From positions 136,304 through 200,303 of IMG/VR virus record IMGVR_UViG_3300034101_006325: a stretch of 64,000 nt of DNA. The stretch is one strand, 5' to 3'. Of this stretch, positions 57,452-64,000 are shown one piece after another. The notes below the pieces were generated by a model. It was not told the DNA's origin and made no database searches. It saw only the letters and a program-made list of their open reading frames with translations. Source of the DNA: a virus (lineage: Duplodnaviria > Caudoviricetes). Each line of letters starts with the position of its first letter. Positions within the stretch are counted from its first letter, which is position 1. A program made the translations under genes and the position numbers.

Positions 57452-58805
57452 TGTTAACTTCCAGAGATTTTAGATAATTCTGACCGACAGCAATAATCTT
57501 TTGATCAACGTCTCGAAAGTCTCGCACTCTCAAAAATACAGGGAATCTAACCTTTCCATCCTTTGTCAGGCCATCCTTCGTCATAGGATCAGGTTGACCT
57601 TCAACCTCTACAATTTTACCAATCCATGAATTTGGATCAATTCCAATTTCTGTCTTTAATTTGTCGGTATAACCTCCGCCGACCCGAGTGACAATGCCAT
57701 TTGACATTACAACTTCAAATCCTCCCCACAAACCTTCTCGCTTTGAGCCTCGATTTCCCAAATAATGACCAACGATCATTCCTTCATACGTCGCGACGGG
57801 CTTCATTTTAACGACAGCATCTGATCTTTTAAAAGAATAATTTGCATTTAAATTCTTGATCATGATGCCTTCATAACCTTTGCTCATGCAATTTGAGTAA
57901 AATTGCAGTAGTTCTTTCTCATTGGCGACAGTCTCACCAAAAACATTTATAATTTTTTTGCAATTCGTCTTTTCGATCAGCTCCGCAGCAAGAGCAATTC
58001 TGTCCAACAAAGAAAGAGAACATTGTTGATCACGCCAATCGTCGAAAGCCATTGCGTCAAATACATGATAAAACATGTTGTCATCATTTTTGTTTGTCTT
58101 GTAAGACATTACGACCGAAGCAGATTCATTCCAGTCTGATCCCATTACCTCGCCGTCGAGAACAAAATTGTCCCAATCACTTTTTTCAATTGCATTTTTA
58201 ATTTGAGGAAGTGTTTCAATCACCGATCCACTCCGGGTAAACATGGTAACGTTTCCATCATTTTTTACGATGATGCATCGAAGTCCATCCAACTTGGGCT
58301 CTACTCTTACGGGATAATCAATAACTTCATCAATGACAATACCTGTAGTGACATCATGATGTGTCTTTAGACTTTCTGCAAGCTGTACAGAAAATCCAAC
58401 TATTGTATTTGGCCAAGTCTTATTAATGGTTGCTTCTTGGACACCGCACCTCAAATTTTTAAGAATAATTCTTTGACACCATTTTTGCTGAAGCTGTGTA
58501 AGCTTTGAAAATTGAGAAACAACTGAATCTTTTGCAGTATTTCCTGTAATTTTTCTTGTCGAAAGAGTGTTAATAATAAAATCTAAAAAATCTTCAACAG
58601 CATCATTGTCAGACATGCCAATTGAATCTGCAATAGCAATTGGCATTTTAAATTTATTGATGTAAAAATTGCTGTAAGGATCTCCTACAGCAATAAACAC
58701 CTTCTTCAACAATTCATTTTTACTATTTTCTTCAAGAACCTGTTCTTTAAAGAGTCTAGAATTATTTGATTCAAGAAATTCCAAAATTTCAATTACAGAA
58801 GTCAT
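57435..58805 (-). CDS. lig: ATP-dependent DNA ligase
   Basis: EPKLDGLR (adenylated Lys), LDGEV, YHVFD, EGIMIK, VKMK, FPVF.R.R; N-terminal DNA-binding domain. Confidence 0.95.
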   Translation of the reverse strand: MTSVIEILEFLESNNSRLFKEQVLEENSKNELLKKVFIAVGDPYSNFYINKFKMPIAIADSIGMSDNDAVEDFLDFIINTLSTRKITGNTAKDSVVSQFSKLTQLQQKWCQRIILKNLRCGVQEATINKTWPNTIVGFSVQLAESLKTHHDVTTGIVIDEVIDYPVRVEPKLDGLRCIIVKNDGNVTMFTRSGSVIETLPQIKNAIEKSDWDNFVLDGEVMGSDWNESASVVMSYKTNKNDDNMFYHVFDAMAFDDWRDQQCSLSLLDRIALAAELIEKTNCKKIINVFGETVANEKELLQFYSNCMSKGYEGIMIKNLNANYSFKRSDAVVKMKPVATYEGMIVGHYLGNRGSKREGLWGGFEVVMSNGIVTRVGGGYTDKLKTEIGIDPNSWIGKIVEVEGQPDPMTKDGLTKDGKVRFPVFLRVRDFRDVDQKIIAVGQNYLKSLEVNNVSKI

Positions 58806-58813
58806 TTAACCTC

Positions 58814-58865
58814 TTTGACATGTCAAATATAACATGACACAGCTTGACATTGCACGTCAAGCTGT
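58814..58865 (-). promoter_or_regulatory. Promoter GTGCAA-N18-TATATT flanked by two TTGAC/GTCAA inverted repeats
   Basis: 14-bp palindrome TTTGACATGTCAAA (58814-58827); 10-bp inverted repeat ACAGCTTGAC-N7-GTCAAGCTGT (58839-58865). Confidence 0.6.
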
Positions 58866-58868
58866 TGA

Positions 58869-59264
58869 TTAGAAGTTTCCTTTTTTATTTTTTGATTTTG
58901 AGTAATATTTCACAGGTAAAACGTTAGATTCAACTTCTTCTTTTTCCTGATGATCTACTTGTGGAGAAAGTTGCTCATGTCCTGCAAATGAGTCAACTTG
59001 AATTTTTTCACCAGAATCTTTAACTAATTGTGGTGGGTCCAAAACAACGACACCTTCTTGTGGAGAAGAATAATTTTCACCAATAGACTTTTTAAATAAG
59101 TCTTCGTCGGGAGGAGCAACTCCCATATTGCTACACATAGAAAGAAGCGTGTTGTAGGAAACAATTCCTGAATTTTTCAGGAAGTCTTTTAGACTTGTTC
59201 TTCTTTTTTTTAGAAGATCCATTAATTTAATAGGGGGTAGTCCTCTAACAGTATAGTTTGACAT
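58869..59264 (-). CDS. Hypothetical protein
   Basis: 131 aa ORF in the minus-strand block. Confidence 0.55.
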   Translation of the reverse strand: MSNYTVRGLPPIKLMDLLKKRRTSLKDFLKNSGIVSYNTLLSMCSNMGVAPPDEDLFKKSIGENYSSPQEGVVVLDPPQLVKDSGEKIQVDSFAGHEQLSPQVDHQEKEEVESNVLPVKYYSKSKNKKGNF

Positions 59265-59284
59265 ATTGATCTCTACAGTAAGTA

Positions 59285-59575
59285 TTAGTCACATTTGTCT
59301 TGAAGACTATGCAAAATGTCTGCAATTGCACTCTGGAATTCAGGCGATCGTGCGACGTTTTTAATTCTTTCGTCTGAAAGACCCAAGCTCCACCTTTCAT
59401 CAAATTCTTCGGCAAATTTATTCATCACACGCAGGACATAATTCCTTGCAGAGGAATGATTCATGGTAAAACCTAGCTGTGTCATAATGTCGGCAATTTC
59501 ACGATAATTTACACCTTCGTCTTCGACGACTGTAGCATATCCTTTTGAAAATTGTGTGCCTTTTTTTACAACCAT
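59285..59575 (-). CDS. HTH DNA-binding protein, sigma region-4/ECF-like
   Basis: EGVNYREIADIMTQLGFTMNHSSARNYVLRVMNKF; ATG 59575 with SD GAGAGGA. Confidence 0.6.
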   Translation of the reverse strand: MVVKKGTQFSKGYATVVEDEGVNYREIADIMTQLGFTMNHSSARNYVLRVMNKFAEEFDERWSLGLSDERIKNVARSPEFQSAIADILHSLQDKCD

Positions 59576-59576
59576 T

Positions 59577-59807
59577 TTAGTCCTCTCTATCGTAAATTCT
59601 AAATGTTTTGGCAAAACGATTCTGCTGAATACCCAACAATCTTTTATTCAAATCACCATGAATGTCTTGCTCTGGGTCTTTTCTAATTCTGTCCATTTTT
59701 AGAAAGATATTATTCAAAGACGCTGTAATATTTCTTAGAATATTAATTTGATAAATTAAGCATAATAAAATTAAAAAATTAACTAAAGTCGACACTAGAC
59801 TCAACAT
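59577..59807 (-). CDS. Small membrane-anchored protein
   Basis: N-terminal hydrophobic helix; TAATG overlap with the sigma gene stop. Confidence 0.6.
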   Translation of the reverse strand: MLSLVSTLVNFLILLCLIYQINILRNITASLNNIFLKMDRIRKDPEQDIHGDLNKRLLGIQQNRFAKTFRIYDRED

Positions 59808-60604
59808 TACCTCAAACCTTTACCTGAAATTATATCAAGTTTTTCTGTGTCTGTGACTGTATACAAAGTATCTTCAATATCTTCTGTTAGACCAAATCGA
59901 AGTCTTAAAATTGCTGCTTCTTTAGCTGACAAATTTGAAAGAACATTTTTTACAACATTCATTAATTCTTTCTTTGCAAGAACTTCAAATGGATTTAAAT
60001 TTTCGTTAAGATCTTCTAATTTATCTTCAAGTGTTGAGTCTTCTGAATCAGAAAGAATTGGCTGATTAAGCGAAATTACATTTCTACCCGAATGAATTGT
60101 TGCCTTTACAACAGACTCAGAAACCTCAATCATAGAAGAAAGTTCTTCTGACGTAGGTTCAGAACCCATTTCATCCTTGTAATTGTTCATTGCTTCGATC
60201 ATTTTCCTTTGAGCCGAAGCAGCATGAGCAGGCAATCGAATAATCTTTTTTCGCTTTAAGACATATTGACTAATTGCCTGCTTAATCCACCAAGTCGCAT
60301 ATGTTGAAAAACGAAAACCTTTCTTCCAGTCAAATCTTTCGATTGCCTTGAGCAATCCTAGATTTCCTTCCTGAATAAGATCTTCTAGCGGAATGTTGTG
60401 GCTCTTCTGTTTTTTTGCAACATAAACAACCAGCCTAAGGTTGGACTCAGCCAATTTTTTGCGAGCACTAATAGACTCCTTGCCACCTTTTTCATATTTT
60501 TGAAAAAGATCAACAAGCTGCTCGTGTGTCAATTGTGGGTAGGATTGAAGAGAATTAAGATAGTTCGTAATTGAACTATTCGTATTTGTTATTTTTTCAA
60601 ACAT
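59807..60604 (-). CDS. RpoD-like sigma-70 factor lacking region 4.2
   Basis: Region 1.2 (NYLNSL..YPQLT), 2 (SNLRLVV..AKK, DLIQEGNLGLLKAIERFDWKKGFRFSTYATWWIKQAI), 3 (IRLP, SLNQPI), 4.1 (LSAKEAAILRLRFGL), then ends without the HTH; start refined to ATG 60604. Confidence 0.92.
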   Translation of the reverse strand: MFEKITNTNSSITNYLNSLQSYPQLTHEQLVDLFQKYEKGGKESISARKKLAESNLRLVVYVAKKQKSHNIPLEDLIQEGNLGLLKAIERFDWKKGFRFSTYATWWIKQAISQYVLKRKKIIRLPAHAASAQRKMIEAMNNYKDEMGSEPTSEELSSMIEVSESVVKATIHSGRNVISLNQPILSDSEDSTLEDKLEDLNENLNPFEVLAKKELMNVVKNVLSNLSAKEAAILRLRFGLTEDIEDTLYTVTDTEKLDIISGKGLR

Positions 60605-60608
60605 TAGA

Positions 60609-60968
60609 TTAGTTGAGGATTCTTGATTCAACATCATCGGTGCCTTGTGTTTCAAATGAACTGTCATAGACCTCACCACCTCTAGCAACAAAATCTCTCA
60701 TATATGCTTCATGCTTTTCAGCCCTTGTTTGCCTAATTTGCTTCTCTCGCTGAAGATAAGCGAGCTCAACTTCCCAAAGCATAGGGTCCAGCTTTGCATC
60801 AGAAACTCTAACCTTTTCGTTCTCGAGCCTCACCATTCTCTCAGAAAGAAGCTCATCTGAATAATATCCAATGTCGTCCATGCAAACGACCTCGGGTGCT
60901 GGAAATGTCTTGGACCCACGAAATGTTGATTCGGTGCTCTGCTGATTGTTCTTATTCTTCTTTGACAT
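60609..60968 (-). CDS. Hypothetical coiled-coil protein
   Basis: 119 aa; SD AAAGG. Confidence 0.55.
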   Translation of the reverse strand: MSKKNKNNQQSTESTFRGSKTFPAPEVVCMDDIGYYSDELLSERMVRLENEKVRVSDAKLDPMLWEVELAYLQREKQIRQTRAEKHEAYMRDFVARGGEVYDSSFETQGTDDVESRILN

Positions 60969-60991
60969 TTTTACCTTTTCTTGGTTTGTTT

Positions 60992-61021
60992 AAAATAATA
61001 GACACACAGTAAACTTTGTAC
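60992..61021 (-). promoter_or_regulatory. Candidate phage promoter GTACAA-N18-TATTTT
   Basis: Shares -35, spacing and the spacer TGTGTC with the ligase promoter; upstream of the operon containing the truncated sigma. Confidence 0.5.
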
Positions 61022-61033
61022 ATAGGGGAAAAA

Positions 61034-61390
61034 TTACATGAGAATTGTTCCCCACTCATTCGGGCCGATTGTATAGATTACTTTTCTAACTCCCGCTGTT
61101 TTCATTCTTCTTTGACACCTTTCACAGGGTCTAGCCATGGCCCATTCTCTAGTTGCTTTGCTTACTCTTGCAACCCAAACATGAGAATCAAGTGTTAATT
61201 TTCTCACAACTCTAGCCTCTGCATGAGCCTCTGGAGTGACATCAGTCGCAGCAATATTTCTTGCTGAAACAATTACACCATCATTTCTCATGCCCACTGC
61301 GCCTAAGTGAAAGCTTCTATTGTCGTGACGACTACACCCTTCTGATGCAACTGTTGCCGCAAGAGTTAACATTCGCTTGTCAATCGACAG
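61034..61390 (-). CDS. Cytidine/deoxycytidylate deaminase-family protein
   Basis: FHLGAVG, HAE, PCERC zinc motifs. First ATG is at 61372; CTG 61390 has the well-spaced SD GAGGAG. Confidence 0.8.
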   Translation of the reverse strand: MSIDKRMLTLAATVASEGCSRHDNRSFHLGAVGMRNDGVIVSARNIAATDVTPEAHAEARVVRKLTLDSHVWVARVSKATREWAMARPCERCQRRMKTAGVRKVIYTIGPNEWGTILM

Positions 61391-61393
61391 AGT

Positions 61394-61624
61394 CTATCTC
61401 CTCTTTTTTTGTTCCTGCTCAAGTGTCTTGAGCGATTGCTTTTTACACCACTCTTCACCAGATGATTGCGATGTGATCGCAGGACCCCACTTAGAAGTGG
61501 TAATCAATGCTGTTCCTTCATACACTTCAAGAAGTGCACCAGCATCATCAATTCTAAGATAAATTGTCCAAGATCCGCTGATATAACTGTGGTAACCTTC
61601 GCTAATTTCTTCCCAATTGCTCAT
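61394..61624 (-). CDS. Hypothetical protein
   Basis: 76 aa; SD GAG; upstream promoter motif. Confidence 0.55.
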   Translation of the reverse strand: MSNWEEISEGYHSYISGSWTIYLRIDDAGALLEVYEGTALITTSKWGPAITSQSSGEEWCKKQSLKTLEQEQKKRR

Positions 61625-61637
61625 GGCTAACTCTTAT

Positions 61638-61667
61638 ACTTTATACTATGACAAAGTTACTTTGCAC
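61638..61667 (-). promoter_or_regulatory. Candidate phage promoter GTGCAA-N18-TAAAGT
   Basis: Same class as 58826 and 60992; spacer holds the inverted repeat CAAAGT-T-ACTTTG. Confidence 0.5.
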
Positions 61668-61710
61668 AATTTAAATTTTGAAAAATCATTTATGATTTAT
61701 ATTTAAATTT

Positions 61711-62436
61711 ATGAGAACGTTCAACGTCATCAACAAATCTACCAACGTTTCCGAAGCAGATTTGAACCTGATGGTTGAAGCCTGTAGAATACAGTTGAAT
61801 CAACATGCAGCCCCACTCCTGGAAAGGATGCCGTGGGAGATAAAGGTAGGTGGTAATGATGGATTCCCCGTTGTTCTTATTGACTCTCCAGATGTTGCTG
61901 GTGCTCTTGGATACCATACGCAAGATCCTGACGGAAGAGTTTGGTGTAGAGTTTTTACGGACCCGCTATTGAAGCACGGCGGAACGGTGTTAAAAGGAAC
62001 TCATGCCGTTTCTACCGTGTTATCCCATGAAATACTTGAAACCTTCTATAACCCGTACATCAACCTGTGGTCAAACAGAGGAGATCACACGTTCGTTGCA
62101 TTAGAACTCTGTGATCCTGTGCAAGGAGATTCATACGATGTTGATGTCAATGGTACACCAGTCACAGTTTCAAACTTTGTTCTTGAGGCATGGTTTGATA
62201 GAGAGATGGGTAAGGCAGGTAGATTTGACTACATGAACATATTGAAAAAACCGTTGGACATGTCAAAAGGTGGCTATACCATTATTTTTAACAGTCAAAC
62301 GGGAGAAGTTAAATCCGTCTTCGCAAGCAAAGAAGGAGAAGATTTACATAATATTCTCAAACCAGGTCACTCTGCGTCGAGATCTTCAAGAAATAAGTCT
62401 GACTGTGCTATCAAGAAAGATCTTCCAACTTATTAG
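61711..62436 (+). CDS. Putative zinc metallopeptidase-like protein (HExxE)
   Basis: ALGYH, STVLSHEILETFYNP, ELCDPV, VSNFV..AWF. Confidence 0.5.
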   Translation: MRTFNVINKSTNVSEADLNLMVEACRIQLNQHAAPLLERMPWEIKVGGNDGFPVVLIDSPDVAGALGYHTQDPDGRVWCRVFTDPLLKHGGTVLKGTHAVSTVLSHEILETFYNPYINLWSNRGDHTFVALELCDPVQGDSYDVDVNGTPVTVSNFVLEAWFDREMGKAGRFDYMNILKKPLDMSKGGYTIIFNSQTGEVKSVFASKEGEDLHNILKPGHSASRSSRNKSDCAIKKDLPTY

Positions 62437-62627
62437 TCACTTTTTGATGAGTAGTTATCTGCAGCCCATCCTCCGCCTTTAAGAACAAAACCGCTGCCCC
62501 CAGAAATCAATCTTTTTAAAGATCTTTCTGAGCCGCACTTCGGACAATCACTGAGAGGATTTTCTTTGATGGACTGCTCGATTTCAAATTTCTTTTCACA
62601 ATTCTTGCAAAAATAATCGTATGTCAT
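62433..62627 (-). CDS. FmdB-family zinc-ribbon regulatory protein
   Basis: YDYFCKNC...DCPKCG...KRLIS..GFVLKGGGW..D.Y. Confidence 0.9.
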   Translation of the reverse strand: MTYDYFCKNCEKKFEIEQSIKENPLSDCPKCGSERSLKRLISGGSGFVLKGGGWAADNYSSKSD

Positions 62628-63412
62628 ACTGATCCTTCTCTACTCGGTAATGAAAATTTTGTGGGAAAAATAACAGAAAGACTGTAGACTGGTGGTACAC
62701 CAGGCTGTCTGACATTTGACAATGTGCCTCCTGATGATGCAAGATGACAAACACTAGGATCAGTTAAAACTTCTGAAAATTTTCGAGGAACTCCGTCTAT
62801 CCAGCATTCTTGAGAAACAAGCTGACAAATTTGGGAGTAATCAGAATGTTTCATGTCATGAGCACATGCATTCGGCTGAATAACAGATACGGCAACCCCA
62901 TTTAAATTATTTTGCTTCGATGCAGCTGGATGTCCTTTTATTCCTTTGTAATTTGTTCCAATAAAATGCCACCCATAATTGCAAGATTTTTTAGGGTTCA
63001 TGTCCAGCTTTTTATCAAGAATCCAGTGTTTTCCAGGAGAGGCGACCAAACCACTAATCGTGGATCCAATTTTTTTATCTACCTGTTTACTATGCTTTAT
63101 CATGGAATCAACTGTCGAGGAAATCGTCATTGGACAAGGCTCGACGCGATGTACAGCATTTATAAACATCAAGTCTGCTACGTGAGCCGTCAAAAGTGAT
63201 GCATTGAAAATATCAGCAAGTTTTTGCTGTAATTCTGCTGATACGTTCACTCTAATACCGTCGATCTTCAACGCATCCTGCATGACATTAAATCGAATTG
63301 TTTTTCCTGATGCAGAATATTCAAGAGGAACCCATTGCGCATCAAAATTACCTGCCACGACCTGCTCATAAATATATTTTTCTCTATCAGAAATTTTTTC
63401 AGGAAATGTCAT
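62624..63412 (-). CDS. Conserved uncharacterised protein (YGWH / HxDYSQ motifs), possible cell-wall enzyme
   Basis: GKHW, NYGWH, IQP, H..HSDYSQ..LV; start refined to ATG 63412 to avoid overlap with the HNH gene. Confidence 0.5.
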   Translation of the reverse strand: MTFPEKISDREKYIYEQVVAGNFDAQWVPLEYSASGKTIRFNVMQDALKIDGIRVNVSAELQQKLADIFNASLLTAHVADLMFINAVHRVEPCPMTISSTVDSMIKHSKQVDKKIGSTISGLVASPGKHWILDKKLDMNPKKSCNYGWHFIGTNYKGIKGHPAASKQNNLNGVAVSVIQPNACAHDMKHSDYSQICQLVSQECWIDGVPRKFSEVLTDPSVCHLASSGGTLSNVRQPGVPPVYSLSVIFPTKFSLPSREGSV

Positions 63413-63475
63413 GAATCTAACTATAAAGTTTAGATTATAAGTTTTGAACTGTACAATTTTATATTTATCTTTTAT

Positions 63476-63868
63476 ATGATTCTGAACCAAATAAAACATT
63501 TCTCGAGAGTCGCACACTCTTTAGTACGAGAAAGTTCAAAATCAAAAAAAAGATCCACACATTGGAACTATATTAGAGATCAATTTATTGAAGTAAATCC
63601 TTATTGTGAAGCGTGTGGCGCCTCAGAAAAACTCCAGGTTCATCACATAATCCCGTTCTCTAATCGACCTGACCTTGAATTGGTGGATTCAAATTTAATT
63701 GTGCTTTGTATGAGTATTAATGAGTGCCATTTTCTACTTGGTCACGGTGGATCTTTTAAGACTTACAACCCAAATGTCGCGCAAGACGCAAGGAACTTCA
63801 GAAATCAAGACGACTCACACATTAGACAGTTAATTGTTGAAAATGCAATGAAGAATCGGCTAGACTAG
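63476..63868 (+). CDS. HNH endonuclease
   Basis: CEACG, LQVHHIIP, NLIVLC, CHFLLGH. Confidence 0.88.
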   Translation: MILNQIKHFSRVAHSLVRESSKSKKRSTHWNYIRDQFIEVNPYCEACGASEKLQVHHIIPFSNRPDLELVDSNLIVLCMSINECHFLLGHGGSFKTYNPNVAQDARNFRNQDDSHIRQLIVENAMKNRLD

Positions 63869-63999
63869 TCTGAAGATGTTTCCTCGCCTTCTTCGGGCTT
63901 CTTGGGAATCATTCCTAGATATTCAAGAGCATCAGCGGGACGTCCGGGATCACCCTCAGCACCGGGAGATCTGCCAGGCGATTTGTACCAGTAGCTCTG
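63865..63999 (-). CDS. Partial CDS (3' end), hypothetical
   Basis: Open frame ...QSYWYKSPGRSPGAEGDPGRPADALEYLGMIPKKPEEGEETSSD* entering from the window edge; its stop overlaps the HNH stop (CTAG). Confidence 0.6.
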   Translation of the reverse strand, partial: QSYWYKSPGRSPGAEGDPGRPADALEYLGMIPKKPEEGEETSSD

Positions 64000-64000
64000 T

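Noticed and set aside
59780-59880. Frameshift or intron hiding sigma region 4.2
   Set aside because: No TLEEIG/TRERIRQ-like sequence in the other frames; the downstream ORF begins at the stop (TAATG) and leaves no space.
9671-63199. Short nested or antisense ORFs in the track (e.g. 9671, 9788, 13105, 15250, 17237, 22589, 31202, 38232, 51109, 51483, 55284, 59847, 61016, 61377, 62912)
   Set aside because: They lie inside longer, motif-supported genes and show no recognisable domains; treated as shadow ORFs.
63476-63868. HNH as an intron-borne homing endonuclease or terminase partner
   Set aside because: It does not interrupt a gene and no terminase lies in the window; its role cannot be assigned.
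1-64000. Alternative genetic code (TAG/TGA recoding), seen in some jumbo phages
   Set aside because: Code-11 ORFs tile the window densely, conserved enzymes are full length, and TAA, TGA and TAG all serve as stops with coupled overlaps.
1-64000. Eukaryotic giant virus (given GT29 and glycosylation genes)
   Set aside because: Sigma-70 factors, SD sequences, gp25/gp6 baseplate, lytic transglycosylase and a lipoprotein point to a bacteriophage.
1-64000. tRNA, rRNA, CRISPR array, IS or integrase
   Set aside because: Intergenic gaps are under about 170 bp, with no cloverleaf, regularly spaced repeats or transposase/integrase motifs seen. The Cas4-like gene has no Cas1/Cas2 or array.

Overview
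This window is a gene-dense, AT-rich segment (roughly 30% GC by eye, not computed) of a very large contractile-tailed jumbo phage genome, read in the standard genetic code. Layout: (i) 1-9.4 kb, minus-strand block of large, probably structural proteins; (ii) 9.5-16.7 kb, PIN-PhoH, a stand-alone sigma region-4 protein, Hc1-like histone-like protein, DinG/XPD helicase, ClpP and a truncated GroEL; (iii) 16.8-36.3 kb, a glycosylation island of about 19.5 kb with about 9 glycosyltransferase genes, RmlB/FdtA/FdtB/Gmd, about 5 methyltransferases, a 2OG-Fe dioxygenase and a nonulosonic (sialic) acid module (NeuB, HAD phosphatase, NeuA, GT29 sialyltransferase), with no export genes; (iv) 36.3-53.3 kb, a divergent sigma-like protein followed by baseplate genes (spike, lytic transglycosylase, gp25, gp6/J, LamG/gp7-like); (v) 53.3-64 kb, accessory genes (degenerate Pth2, NADAR, glucosaminidase-like protein, lipoprotein, fibre protein, ATP-dependent DNA ligase, RpoD-like sigma lacking region 4.2, deaminase, FmdB-like protein, HNH). 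The strongest candidates for novel systems are a possibly split sigma factor with a matching RTRCAA-N18-TAnnnT promoter class, and a phage-encoded sialylation/virion-glycosylation pathway whose possible acceptors are [ST]GS-rich baseplate and fibre proteins. All family calls come from motif recognition by eye; no searches were run.
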